Assembly (NCBI GenBank): GCA_004022145.1
Contig: RCNU01000006.1
DNA length: 64,000 nt
Reading direction: 5' to 3' (one strand)
Origin: Paecilomyces variotii
Lineage: Eukaryota
A program made the translations under genes and the position numbers. Below the pieces are notes generated by a model. That model was not told the origin of the DNA. It was given only the letters and a program-made list of their open reading frames with translations, and made no database searches. Position 1 is the first letter of the stretch. Each line of letters opens with the position of its first letter. Below are positions 21,558 through 34,081 of the stretch, piece by piece.

Positions 21558-24008
21558 ATGGCCCCTCCACGAGCGTTGCCTCCGCCCCCGATTTCTTCTC
21601 GGCCACTGAAGGGATATCCCGTATCGCCCTTATCGGCCCAGAAGTTTCTAAGCGGGAAGGTCGTCGGTTTGTTATTTCTCGGAACGTTTTGCATATTCTT
21701 CGTCGGAGTGTTCTTTTGGAAGATAGGCGCTGTCATTCGTTTCTTTACGCAGGATCGATTTCTCGGGGAACACAAGATTAAGACTGAGCGCTACGCCAGG
21801 ACGTGGTATGGCTGGGTACCATTGGCTCGCCATGAGGCCAATAAGAGAGTAATAAACAGATGCATGAGAAAAGTGCGAGGATGGCTGAGCTGGCGATCTT
21901 CACGTCTTGACTATCGCTGGGTTTGGTGGGACCCTGGTGAGCAGGAGGCACAGAAGCACAAGGAACGAGAGACGATGAGATGGTTCCCAACGTTGATTTC
22001 GAGCTACGAATGCCCTACCGCAGATTCAATTTGGAATCCTGGGCCTCCTCCCGAGATTCGAAGCTCACTTAACGTCGAGGAGAACCGACGTCCTTGCCCA
22101 AACCCGACAGACGGCGAGCCCGCCACGACAACTCGCTTGACAAGAGTGAGACGGACAAGCCCTTCAGAATCTCGTGCAGAAGATCATCCTCTCAAAAGGG
22201 TGCCATCTTTCAGGTACCGACAGTCGTTTACAAGCATCAATCCTTATCACATATGTCAGCAACCATTCATTGTCGCTCCCGTGATTTACGTACCACCTGA
22301 ACCGACATCCCAATATTGCAGCCCAGAATTGGAAGTTCGAAGAAATACGGCCCAGTTGCACACAGCACAATCCGAAGATCTCCCTATAAATTCATTTGGC
22401 ACCAGGGATTGGAAGGACTGTGGGAGGCTCTTAAGGAGAACCGTGTCTCTACCGTCAATGATCAAGCTTACGAGTCCTTCTGTAGTGAATCCTGTGTCTG
22501 ATAAGAAAGCGCAAAAGAGTCCTATCATGAAGACTGGGTTGGTAAAGACCCGCCCGCAGGCTGCTCGTCTGTCACGCAAGTATCAAGCCTGGGCTTCCCG
22601 GATGCAGATACAGACTCGAAATTCCGCGAGCAGATTTCACGGAATATCAGGTCGGCCGGGAAGCCCGCTTTCTGAAATCTTGAAGAGCATCTCTTCCGAA
22701 CAGAGCGCGTACACGACTCGCTTGAGTGGCACACAGAACTCTGAATCCTTTCAAGGATGTTCTACAGATGAGGCAAACCCGCCTGCAGCTGAGATTGGCG
22801 ACCATGGCCCTCTACATGAGGACAGAGACGGTTTACAGACGATGTCAAAGATGAGAAATCCAAGTCATATGAAATATGAGTCGCTTTCACGACCTCATCT
22901 TTTTACGGCTTCGGCTATCCTTACTCCAGAAATACCAAGGTACAGGCCCTTGCAAATGCGGGATCCCAATTGTCCTATGCAACATGAGAGAATCGAGGAA
23001 CACGCTGGTCGCAGGCGTGTGACTTTTCAGGGAATTCCAAATACCGAAGCCCATAGAGCGCCACAGCAATCAGTTCCACTTCGACACCTGAGCAATCCCG
23101 AAGTCAGACTCATATATAACCTTGACAGAAGACTTGAATGGCTTCTAAATGAACTTGACCCTGGGCGGAAACCGTTCCATTTCGCGACTCTTGCGAACCA
23201 CTGGTTGAACACTGAGACCTGGCTCGTGTATGACCCACCCTGCCGAGTATCTCAGGAATACAGGCGGCGATACGGGGATCCAAGGTGCAGGGCGCAATTC
23301 GCGGATGGGAGAAATGAATCAAGAAGACCAAAATACCCCCCGACTGTTCAGAGAAGAGCCCACACACCTCGGATAGATTCATGGAGACTTGCGGTTAACA
23401 AGCAACGCAAAACAGCTGGTCTTCAGGATTTCCTGAGGGATATTGAGCTATTTGACGGTTCCGCTGATGAAGTTCCCGATGGAAAGATTGACCCGTCCAG
23501 CTGGATCCTGCGAAAGCCACCACAGGGGTTCCCAATTTCCAACAAGCAGAAAGATTGTTTCTGGCAGGGAGCTTCCGTGTGGCAAGAGCCCTTAGAAGAA
23601 TGGCAGAAAGTCAAGTATAGCTATCGTATCGAGAAAAAGATCAACGAGGCTAGGGTCAACCGAACGAGAGATCTAAGACGAGTAGCTCGAGGAGTGACAA
23701 AGATCTATAGGACGACAGCAAAGAAACTTCCACAGACTCCGATAGGACGGAGAACGAAGCGAGACCTCAACACTGGAAGAGAGCGGAGACAAGCACGCTC
23801 AGGCAATGGCTCAATGGGAAGGACACGAACAACTCGAGACAGCATACGGGGAGACACTGAAACGTATATTCCGGAAGAGATTCAGCTGTGTCGGACATCA
23901 GGTCATATTCCTACTATCAGACAGACTTCAGCTCTGACTGGAGAAGACACCAGTCTCACAGATCCGATAGGAGATCGTGATGGTATCCATACGATGGAAA
24001 ATGGATAA
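21558..24008 (+). CDS. Large uncharacterized protein with one N-terminal TM helix and Trp-rich blocks, ~816 aa
   Basis: Uninterrupted 2.4 kb ORF; first ATG at 21558 (MAPPRALPPPP). TM segment GLLFLGTFCIFFVGVFFW; blocks RYARTWYGWV, YRWVWWDP, FHFATLANHWLN, IDPSSWILRKPPQGF. Confidence 0.8.
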   Translation: MAPPRALPPPPISSRPLKGYPVSPLSAQKFLSGKVVGLLFLGTFCIFFVGVFFWKIGAVIRFFTQDRFLGEHKIKTERYARTWYGWVPLARHEANKRVINRCMRKVRGWLSWRSSRLDYRWVWWDPGEQEAQKHKERETMRWFPTLISSYECPTADSIWNPGPPPEIRSSLNVEENRRPCPNPTDGEPATTTRLTRVRRTSPSESRAEDHPLKRVPSFRYRQSFTSINPYHICQQPFIVAPVIYVPPEPTSQYCSPELEVRRNTAQLHTAQSEDLPINSFGTRDWKDCGRLLRRTVSLPSMIKLTSPSVVNPVSDKKAQKSPIMKTGLVKTRPQAARLSRKYQAWASRMQIQTRNSASRFHGISGRPGSPLSEILKSISSEQSAYTTRLSGTQNSESFQGCSTDEANPPAAEIGDHGPLHEDRDGLQTMSKMRNPSHMKYESLSRPHLFTASAILTPEIPRYRPLQMRDPNCPMQHERIEEHAGRRRVTFQGIPNTEAHRAPQQSVPLRHLSNPEVRLIYNLDRRLEWLLNELDPGRKPFHFATLANHWLNTETWLVYDPPCRVSQEYRRRYGDPRCRAQFADGRNESRRPKYPPTVQRRAHTPRIDSWRLAVNKQRKTAGLQDFLRDIELFDGSADEVPDGKIDPSSWILRKPPQGFPISNKQKDCFWQGASVWQEPLEEWQKVKYSYRIEKKINEARVNRTRDLRRVARGVTKIYRTTAKKLPQTPIGRRTKRDLNTGRERRQARSGNGSMGRTRTTRDSIRGDTETYIPEEIQLCRTSGHIPTIRQTSALTGEDTSLTDPIGDRDGIHTMENG

Positions 24009-24434
24009 CGGGATACGCCGAGGCACATTCTTAGAAGGTTCTACGCCGCGCTCTTTTCATCGCCATGTCATATAGCAACTATTATGCTTCATGCTTAAGG
24101 TTGACAGATGGTCGCTGGGAACCAAACAGTCTCTTGGATATCTATACTGCTTGTTTCGAGTCTGCATGTTGGTAGAAAACAGAGCGGTATTCAGCCATCA
24201 TCGGAGGTGATCATAATTCAAGTCACATCAATTCTCAATTGCCGGAACTCCGTTTATCCACTCACTCGCTCAGAGTATGAAGAATTCCCCCACCGGAGCA
24301 TGTAACCCAGATAAGCTTTCATGTACTGTACAAATCGATCCACGTAGGCAGGTATATTGCAATGGAAGGATGGCTGAAGATAGCCAGTTTCCCGCTTGTC
24401 GATAAATCTCATCCGCAACCGTCCAAGAATGATC

Positions 24435-24970
24435 TTAGAAACCAGGGGGGTTCAGTCGCTGGCTCACGCGAGTCCACTTGGGGAGCTCTGTATGGAAAAG
24501 ATGCAGTCAGCAATCCACGCTTTTATTGGGGGTCAATAGCATCCGCAACCGGGAAGTACGCACTGTGGATTCCCTTCCGATACTTCTTCTCCTTCTTATC
24601 AAAGATCGTATACTTGTCCTTGGGCACCATTTCCTCCTCTCGGGGCATCTCAGCGTACCACCGCTCCACGGCCTTGGTCGTCAAACCGCCATTCCGCTGC
24701 AGCGCAGCGCTGACAGTGTCCACGACGCGGTCGACGGCACGGAGACGCTTGCGTTGTCGTGCCTTTTGCGGACGGGAGAGCCGCCACGGGATTTTCCTAT
24801 TCAAGAGCGGTTAGTGATCATGCTGTGTGGCTTCTATACCGTCGTGCGCTTCTGTGATGAGGCGGTTTGCAGCATGGAAGTTTTGCTTCGGAATGGCGAC
24901 ACGGGGAGGGTACAACTGGAAGAACATACCAGAGGAGACCTCCCAACAGCGGAGACGTAGGCTTGAACAT
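24435..24970 (-). CDS. MRPL31: Mitochondrial large-subunit ribosomal protein L31 (mL60)
   Basis: Exons 24930-24970, 24564-24796 and 24435-24487 give MFKPTSPLLGGLLW|KIPWRLSRPQKARQRKRLRAVD...PKDKYTIFDKKEKKYRKGIH|KLPKWTRVSQRLNPPGF. Confidence 0.93.
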
Positions 24971-25488
24971 TGTGCAGGCTGTCCCAACCGATAGGAGAGA
25001 AAAGAGCTTGGGTCTGTTCCGTGAAGCTGATCCTAAGGGTTCTTCGTTTTAGAGATGGCCGTGTTGCGGATGCTCCGAAGTTCTCGTGTTGGTCCGTGCA
25101 CTCTTGGTCTCCGCGGGCGTTTCCTGTTCTTTAGTGCAAGTGGAGGAAACTGGAGAAATACTATTAATACAGAGAGAGAGAGAGAGAAAAAGATTGGAAG
25201 AGGACTAACTGAGGCAAGTAGGTCTTCTCGGCTACAAACATACGCAGGATAACCGCGGATCTTGACTTGGAAGACTCAGTTCACCACTTGTCCGGCCCAC
25301 GTGCTTTTCGCCGGCTCCCCGTGGGCTTTCGCTACTAAGTATCTGATTGCTCCGCTTCGTTTCTCTCTTCTTTTGCTATCCTGCTCTGGTCTATTCTTCT
25401 CTCTACATCCTAGAGAGGCGCCGCCTCGACGCGTTTCTCGTCATTCTGGACTGATACTCGTTCTCGGTTGTCTATGGAGATTCGATAG

Positions 25489-26914
25489 ATGCCCGAGCAG
25501 ACGGCAATGCCTCTCGGGGCGACGACAGACAAGCCCTCCTCTTTATGGAGGGCTTGGTCCTCTGCGACCATGTTTGAGATCGGGGCACTATGTCGCGCCT
25601 TCCTACTCTACGCGAGCACCCCGGAGATCAATGGTTTGGAGTCATTCATGGAACTGCTTGACTCGCGGAGTGACCCGTCCAAGCGGACAAGGGGGTTGAT
25701 TACAGGTACGGCTTGTCGCAATTGGACTTTTCTCTGTCGAACGACGTTGTTGTGGGAACTGTCTGGTTTACTAACTGCTCGCGGATTATGATAGTGTCAA
25801 ATCACATTAGCGTGTACGTACGTACGAGCAATCCTGACGCGAAGATGATTCCGACGGATGCGAAGAGAACAATAGTCGAAAGAGGACGAGACCAAGGCTA
25901 ACTCTAATTGCGCGGGCGTATACTAGGATGGATGACCCGTTAATGTGGGGAGCGCTGCCTTTGCGATACCATTACGGTCTGCCATCTTGGAACAGACGAT
26001 GGGCGTTTGGAAGCCACGATATTTGTTTCCAGAACAGGTAATTGGCCGCGTTGTGTACGGATGTATGTACAATGAGCTTATCGTTGACGACTTGCGACTT
26101 TAGACCGCTGTCAGCCTTTTTCACTCTTGGCCAGGTTCTCCCAACGCATCGACTCGCGCACTCGCCGCATGGTGGAGTTGCTCAACCGACTGTGACGCAG
26201 GCGATACGATTGCTCTCGAAGGGACCATTTCCTCCTGCCCCTCACGCTGCTGCGGCCGATCGGCAGCACTGGAGCTTGCATAACGTCTGCGTCGATCCCT
26301 TCTCTGATTTACCGACAGCATATCATACTATGGGGGATGATTCGTACCTGGCGCCCTCTGCGTATGCGTGCAATTCATACTCCTGGATTCACATTTTCCC
26401 AGAGGGCAAGGTGCATCAGGCGCCGCACAAGACAATGCGCTACTTCAAATGGGGTGTCGCGCGATTGATCTTGGAATCCTCTGAATGCCCTGACGTGGTG
26501 CCCATCTGGCTCGAAGGCACGGATCAGGTCATGCCTGAAAGCCGGCAGTTCCCCCGTTTCCTCCCCAGGCCCTTCAAGAACATCAGCGTCACATTTGGAC
26601 AGAAGGCGGACACTGAGGCTGTCTTTGGCGATCTGAGACGACGCTGGCAGAAATTGAAGGAGAAGTCGGTCAAGGCCAATGCCGGTCAGGAGCCACCGCT
26701 GGGTGTGCTCACCGATGATCTACTCCACGGCAAGGAAGCCGTGGAACTGCGCAAAGAATGCACAAAGAAGGTACGAGAACTCGTTCTGGAAGTGCGCAGA
26801 TCGCGCAATCTACCAGACGAGGACCCGAAAGAGAGCCTGGTTGAGACTTGGATCCGTGAGGGGCCGAAACGAGAAGGGAAGATGAAGGATGAGTCGTGGG
26901 TCCGGGACGTGTAA
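25489..26914 (+). CDS. TAZ1: Tafazzin (cardiolipin transacylase)
   Basis: Exons 25489-25705, 25795-25813, 25927-26037 and 26104-26914. RGLITVSNHISVMDDPLMWG (HX4D), GSHDICF, WIHIFPEGKVHQ, MRYFKWGVARLILE. Confidence 0.93.
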
Positions 26915-27259
26915 TTGTCTGAATGAATGTATTGTTCTATATAAGAAGAGTCTCCCTGTCAGAGCCTGATCATTGTACCTTTTGTCAGGATCGGGGTGGT
27001 GACTACAAAAGTGTCGATAGAAACTTTAGCCAGGAGTCAAGGAAATTCAGTGTACAGTACAGAAGCCATACTGCTCTCTTGCCTTGTTGCGTGGATATAG
27101 TGGGATATATAGTCAGCTTTGGTGGCGATAACGATAAACGATAAGCAACTCGTCTATCCCGCAACTCGAGCTGAGCTGAGCTTCCCTCCGTCATCATCCC
27201 GCCGCGCGCATCACCGCACATCGCATTTCTGCTCTTAGCCCTCCCTTCCTAACTTCTCT

Positions 27260-28954
27260 ATGCCGAAGAAGCATCAGAAATACTCGTCTATAAAACCGAC
27301 CAGCCTCCCTCATCACTCCCTCAGCCCAAGCAACCATACAACTCGCCATCAACATGGCGCAAGCTCCTCAACTCCAGAACCCTCTGTCAACGACCTCATC
27401 AACCATCTCCGTCGCACTCAGGTGTCGCAGTCCTCTTCCGGCGACGGCGCGGTCAGTTTGACACCTCGTGTAGTCCCTCGATCCGTCCATCCTTCCATAC
27501 GAAATCTCCTCGAACTCCCAGAGACGCCTCCGCCGCGACCTCGTCCCAGCACTCGTCGTGTTGGCGAGGCAAGGATTCGAAGAACGCCTGGTCCGCCTCC
27601 GCCATCGAGTTGGTTGCAAGGTTCCCAGTCGCGAAGCGATGAGATCAACCATGAACGTCTTGGAATTCCTGCTGGAAGCGGCAGGGTGCTTTATCGCTTA
27701 GAAAGACTTCCGGGCGTGACGTTCCCCGCGAAGAATAGTCTTCAGCATGCGGTGCTCAAGTCTCTCGCTTCGAACTGGAACTGGCATCTTGATTACGATG
27801 GGGAGTTCCTGAATGAACTTCCCACGCGGATGAAGATGTTGCTACTTAGCTACATCGCGGTGTATGCGAATGATGAACAGTCTCCGAGAAATCGAGGACA
27901 GGGTCTTCGTCCCTTGTTTTGTAAAGAGGATGAGGGACATGAGTGGGTAGAGCACGATCGTGAGGTTATGCGGTTGGATATGAGCACTGCTTTGGGGAAC
28001 TGGATCAGTTTTAAGCAGCTGAATGCTGAATTGGTGGTTTCGTCGTCGTCCAGGGAAGCTTTATCGTCTGTGACCAAAGCGGATGATAATGTCCCGTCAT
28101 CGTGGGATGCTGAAGTAGAGGAGGAATCAGATGCGCCTGCTACCCCATCATTGCTCAAGTCGCCTGTCCAGACACTCCTCCGCTTCGAGAATCTCAGGTT
28201 CCTCTCCCTGGCGCATCCAAACCCAGCCAGCGCTAGCTGGGTATCCCTCCTCAATCTCTTATCCCACTTGTCTACTCTCACCCATCTATCTCTCGCTCAC
28301 TGGCCAGTCCCAACCCTCACGCCTAACGCTATGAATTCACGCATCAGACACGCAACACATAGATCCCTCACCTTCTCGTACGGAGGCACGGATGCATATT
28401 CTGCCCTCGAGAACAACTGGGCTGAGGCATCCTCCGTCCTCCGAAAGCTATCTAGAGCAACATATTGTCTGAAATGGCTCGACCTAGAAGGCTGCGGCGA
28501 GTGGTTCGGTGCCCTAAGCTGGGACGGCATCGGACCAGGTGGCGAGATCTATACCTCGCCAGGCCCAGAGTGGAACGCTTCCTGGAGAAACGTGGAATGG
28601 GTCGGTCTTGGACCCGGCTGGTTACCTGGAGGACAAGATTCAGGAGAATATGGTCCCTCGCCGTCAAAGTCGCTCCATGCGTCTATTCACTCGCCTCTCT
28701 CTTCATCGAACTTGCCTGATCCTGATCCTGATCCTGCTCTGAGTTGGAACGTAGAAGAGGAGCGGGAAAAGTATAGACGCGCAAAAGAAATGGAGGCGTA
28801 TCGGAATATACTAGATAGAGCGAAACGGGTACAAGAACATATTAGACGGGTTAGGAGAGAAGAGAAAGGGAAATGGGTCCATGTCTCCTTTGGTGGAGAT
28901 GGAGCGGAGGAGAGAGCTATGCTTAAGAAGGCTGGTGTTGAGGTTGGGTTTTAG
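27260..28954 (+). CDS. Uncharacterized protein with LRR-like repeats, 564 aa
   Basis: Single long ORF. Pro-rich N-terminus (RRTPGPPPPSSWL) and LRR-like LRFLSLAHP, LTHLSLAHWP, LKWLDLEGC. Confidence 0.85.
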   Translation: MPKKHQKYSSIKPTSLPHHSLSPSNHTTRHQHGASSSTPEPSVNDLINHLRRTQVSQSSSGDGAVSLTPRVVPRSVHPSIRNLLELPETPPPRPRPSTRRVGEARIRRTPGPPPPSSWLQGSQSRSDEINHERLGIPAGSGRVLYRLERLPGVTFPAKNSLQHAVLKSLASNWNWHLDYDGEFLNELPTRMKMLLLSYIAVYANDEQSPRNRGQGLRPLFCKEDEGHEWVEHDREVMRLDMSTALGNWISFKQLNAELVVSSSSREALSSVTKADDNVPSSWDAEVEEESDAPATPSLLKSPVQTLLRFENLRFLSLAHPNPASASWVSLLNLLSHLSTLTHLSLAHWPVPTLTPNAMNSRIRHATHRSLTFSYGGTDAYSALENNWAEASSVLRKLSRATYCLKWLDLEGCGEWFGALSWDGIGPGGEIYTSPGPEWNASWRNVEWVGLGPGWLPGGQDSGEYGPSPSKSLHASIHSPLSSSNLPDPDPDPALSWNVEEEREKYRRAKEMEAYRNILDRAKRVQEHIRRVRREEKGKWVHVSFGGDGAEERAMLKKAGVEVGF

Positions 28955-29180
28955 AGAGGGTCGTATATACATACTACCCGGCATGTCCTTTCGAGGCTTT
29001 TTTTATATGGCAGGATTATATATATCGTGAATAAAAAATACAGAGCAGGAAGAGATTCACATTGTTTATTTATGTCCAGAAATAAATATACTCCCATATA
29101 AAGCAGTATCTACATACATACTATACTCCATAGCAGCAAGAATCTATGAACACACAAAGCCATGGTATCACTTAATGCTT

Positions 29181-31210
29181 TTATTTCCGCCCCTTCGCAT
29201 TAAACGTCTTCAACGGATCAACCTTTCCACCTGGCTTTCTGCCTTTGCCTCTACCGCGATTTCGGTCTCTAGCCTTACGGATGCGGTTCTCGTTCGATTT
29301 GTTGAAGCCGACGTATCCGACATCTTCGCTGGTGAGGCCCTTCTTTCCCTTCGCGGGGAGTAGATACTCCGGGACGTGCTTGAGATGGGGCTGCACACGC
29401 GCAGCGCGCAGCTCGCCGTCGTGACGGAGATGGCGGAGCTCTTCGGGGTTTTCTTCGAAATGACGCTTGAGTTTCTCGCTCTTGATTAGCTCCTGGCGGA
29501 TTTCGCGAGCTCGTGCTTCCTGGATAGCGAGTCGGGTGACGGCGCGCAGGGCGTCTGTCATTCGGTACCGGAAGGCGTCCACCTGCTTCATTTCGAAGTG
29601 ATAAGGCTTGACTTCGTGGCCAAGCTTGGCTTGTCGCTTGATGATCTTGGCTAGGACGGCCTCGTCGTGCTTGGCGGGCGGGTAGCTTGTGGGTTTGTGC
29701 TTGCCGTAGAGGTTGGATGGGATAACAAAGGAGAGGGCCATGCCGGTCTTGCCAGCTCGACCGGTACGGCCGATACGGTGGGTATAGGATTTGGAGGTGG
29801 AGGGGAGGTCGAAGTTGAGGACACAAGCGACATTCTGGAAGTCGATTCCACGAGAAATACCGTAGTCCTTTTGTTTGGGTGTCACTTTCCGGCGTTTCTC
29901 AGAACGAGTCGTCTCCTCCTGAACTTCGTCCTCACTGGAGTCGAGTGGTTCAGCGTCTGCCACTTCCTTGTCCGCGGTCTTGTCATCTTCCGCCTCGTTT
30001 TCTCCCGACTCTGACTTTCGCGACTTCTTGGAGTGTTTCGAACCAAGGACTTCTTGCTCATCGGCAGCAATAATGATATCATAGATGCCCTTGTTGAATT
30101 CCTGCACGACGTGTATTCTCGAGTTGACCGGCAGCTCTGAGTTAAGCACGCAGCTCTTGATACCGAATTGTTCAAGGAACAGCTTCACACGGTAGCACCG
30201 GTCGACATCACCAACGAAAATGATACATTTTCCCTTGATAAGCTGAAGCTTGAAAATAACGTAGGTCAGGAGGAACTTTTCGTCTTCCGCGCATCTAGGA
30301 GACATTAGTGAAGGTGTCAACATAGGAGGTGTAGGTTGGATATATTACCTGACAGCAAATTGGCTGACACCAGCGCCTTCATCCTCTTTCTCCTGCAGTT
30401 TGAGGATAACAGGGTTCCGGCAGAACAGGCCCTTTAGAGTATCCACCTCTGATGTAAGAGTCGCGCTCATCAAGAACGTCTGCACACCACGGGGAACTGC
30501 CTTGGCGAGAGCGTTGATGTCATCTTCGTAGCCGTAAGATAGAACCAGATCCGCCTCGTCGATGACCAAGTGAGAAAGAGTCTCCAGCGACAGTGCGGAG
30601 CTGTTGAGGTTCGATATGACACGGGCCGGCGTAGAGATCACGATATCCGGAAAATCAGCCAGCATCGCTCGTTGCACAGCATCCGAGACCTTCTGAGCAA
30701 GGTTGACGGAGCGAACATCCTTTCCGCAGAACGAGGTGAATTTCGTGACCACATGCTGGACCTGTTCTGAGAGCTCTCTCGTGGGGACCAGGATAAGTGC
30801 GGAGGTAGCTTTCAAGGAGGGATCATTCTGGCCATAGTTAGATACGATTCGCAAAGCACGAGTCTCGTAGTAAAGTACTCACGGATTTCTTCTGGAGGAT
30901 TGTCTGCAAGATCGGCAAAACATACGCAGCGGTTTTTCCAGAGCCAGTTTTTGCGCGAGCTGCATACGTCAGCACATCAAACCTATACAACAATTAGATA
31001 ACAGAGGAACATACCCAGGATATCCTTTCCTTCAAGTGCTAGAGGAATCGCCTCAGCCTGAACGAGAGTCGGCTTCGTGAACTTTTCTTTTATCAAGGCT
31101 TGGCGCAGCCGGGGATCGAGGTTCAGTTTTTCAAAATCGGCTTTCTTGTTACTGTCGCCCTCTGCGACTTCGGGCGAGGGCACATCGTTGGCATCCAGCT
31201 TGCGCTTCAT
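29181..31210 (-). CDS. DBP9: ATP-dependent DEAD-box RNA helicase Dbp9 (60S ribosome biogenesis)
   Basis: ATG at 31210 (MKRKLDAND...), three introns. Q motif (KPTLVQ), [50 protein letters not shown], and C-terminal [13 protein letters not shown]...[10 protein letters not shown]. Confidence 0.95.
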
Positions 31211-31897
31211 GATTGCAAGCAATGCAATGCGAGAGAAAAGATAGTGATCCTGGGTAGATGTCGATGTATCTCGAGTTGGTCCGCCCAGAAAGTTTCCCAG
31301 AGATGGAAAATCTTTCGGGCCGGCTGATTTTCCGGTTGCACCGCCTTTAGCGTCGCGTTTTCTCCACCCTGCGATTATTTGGAGTACTTCGTGGAAGGCT
31401 CGCTTTTATACGACTTTTACTTGACGGTATTATTAGATTAGAGCAGGGTAGATAATATACGCCCTGTTAGACAGGGAAAGAATGATATTAGAAAGTACTA
31501 CGCTCAAGTCTGCCACTTCGACAGGAATTCCGCCAGCCACAGCCAAGCCACGGCATAACTATCAAATACAGACATATCGTCTGGATGGGTCGGTCACGAG
31601 GTGACTTCTTTTTATTGAACAAACGAAAGGCTCACTATTTTCTAGGGATAATTAAGATGGAAATGCACTGAGTATTTGCGCTCTCTAATATTGATAGATT
31701 TCGTTAAGGAGTAACAATAGGTCGTAAACCCGGCATGTGCGGGTTTCAATCTAGGTACATCGTCGTCACTTAAAGACGCTGGACCTCGTAGGTCTCCACC
31801 CTTTCTTCGTCTCATAGTGCTAGCGGCCAACATGGTATCATTGTCATCTATGATACTTTGTTATTACCTCGACTTTGTTATTACCCCTACTTTGGGG

Positions 31898-32930
31898 TTA
31901 CTTGAGCAGCTTTCTCTCCCCGGCAATGCTCCACTCCGGTAAGCCCTCCGGTCTCCCTAGAGAATTCAATGTCTTCTGCTCAACCAGACTGAACTTCCCA
32001 TCGCGTCTTCTGTAGTTGAAAGGTTCCTTCAACGCCACTGGGGGATTCGTGATGATCCGGATATTCCGTAGCAGGTTCTTGGAGATGGAATGGACCATGA
32101 ATGGATGTAACAAGTAGACATCACCGGCTTTGCCGGTTAGTTCATGGAAAGAGCTGTCCCGCGTGGTATTTGGATCTCGGATCCAGGCATCGTATATATC
32201 CTCATATCTGTCCCTTTCTTCATTCGATACGCCCTGCGGAACGAGGAAAGGATCTGTTCCTGCCGGATGGTCGTACTATAACCGGTTCAGCATCCAAATA
32301 TTCAAGATCACCGTGGCAGAAAGCGATGCAGAGGGAAAAAGAACTTACCAGATGCTTCGCTACCGCGCCAATGCCATCAGTGCATATGGCCGTGCCACCA
32401 CCTTTCTCAGGAATATCAGTGAACAGCGGTACCACCAGGAGAGCCTGCTCTGGAGAATCCAAAAAGTGAGTGAAAAAATCTCCATCGACGTGCCATTGCT
32501 CCAACTGTCGTAGATTTAATTTATCTGCCGGGTTGTAATCTGCCCTGCCCAAGTTCAGAATAAATGCGTCCGACCAGCTCTTGCACCAATCCACTAGGCG
32601 ATCTTCACCTCCCACCAACTCGCATATCGCATAATGTGCCTTTGGAGCGAATTCTTTGATGCTGATATATTTCTCTCCTGGCATGTGGATGGTTTCGGAA
32701 TGCCAGGTAGATTTATCGTTGGGGTTAATCCCCAGACGTGTCCAGACTGAGGATGAGAATTGTGCAGCGGCTTCGCGGGAAAAACATCCTGGGATTTTAA
32801 TAAAGCCGTGCTCTAACCAATGGGCCTTCTGGGCGTCGCACAGGGAGTATGGAGTGTCTTTGTTGGATTCTGATCTTGAGCTGGAACTTGTTCCGTTGCT
32901 TCCTTTCAAGATACGCCAGAGTCTGGTCAT
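31898..32930 (-). CDS. Phytanoyl-CoA dioxygenase (PhyH)-like Fe(II)/2-oxoglutarate dioxygenase
   Basis: Exon 1 32349-32930, intron (GTAAGT...TAG), exon 2 from about 32275. WLEHGFIKIPGCF, WHVDGDFF (HxD), TGKAGDVYLLHPFMVHS (distal His), IRIITNPPV. The exact 3' end is uncertain. Confidence 0.8.
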
Positions 32931-34081
32931 TTTGAGTACACCCTCGCCGTTAACCTTTGATTTAAAGAGAATATGGAGTAAGGGTTGATGAAAAAGAATG
33001 GTACGACTGAGCCCGTGTCGAGGATTAGATAGTTGGAAATAGATCTACAATCGATGGTGTTCCAATTATAGACACATGCAGTCGTGGATGCCACGAGCGG
33101 AAAGAGAGCTTGAGGTCGCTCTATTCCTAAACGGGAAGCCCCGACATAGAACATTGGAAGTATATCACCTCTTGTAGTTATTTCTATCAAAATGGCGGTT
33201 AATATACAGCACAACAAGCTTTCAACAGCATATCATCCGCATAAGAATCGCATCAAATGTTCTAAAATCTCCTATCAAATACGCATAAAAGCCTCTTAGC
33301 CCTACGCATACCTACAAATACCGAATTCAAACAGAAGTTCTCTTTCTCATTTTTCCATACTAATCCTGTATGTATGTATATTGAAGGCTCTCGGAATAGT
33401 AAAGACTCATAACTTATGCATCTTGAGAACATGGAACTTTCCATTCGTAAGGGGCATACACAATCCCTTCTCGTTCGATCTGGCGGAGAGGATATACAGT
33501 ATGCCTTATTATATCTTTCATGGCTACATGTATGTACATTTTCTCATTGTCATGCTTATTCGGGGTTTACTCTAATACGAACCTGGATCTCAAGTTATAC
33601 TCATACGTATCGTGTCTACTATACTTACTGAAAGCAACTAAACGCTCTACGTATGCGAAGTAGACAGACTAGAAATACATACGAATCCTCAACGCCGCAA
33701 TTTCACATACGTACATACATGCATCCATAAGGGATTGGATTGAATAATGGCGAATAGAAAATCATGCATGATATTTTGAAAGTGGAAAACCAGTTTACCG
33801 ACCCGTCGCATGCTCTGTTCAGTATTCCATTCCACCCTATCCTGGCCTATCCTATCCTATCCTAATCCGGTCCGTTCCGTTCAATTCAGATTTCAGATGT
33901 TGCGTTCCGATTCGTTTCCCGTCGCTCATTATATGGTTTCATTTCTGCATTTACAGTGTAGAAGGCATGCCTATCCCGATCTGAGAGGGAAATGCGTGCT
34001 GGGACGGAGCCCGAAGAGCAATTTAATCAAGTAAAATCACAGCCTAAGTCGACGCCAGTTGAAGAAAAAACAAAGGAAGTT

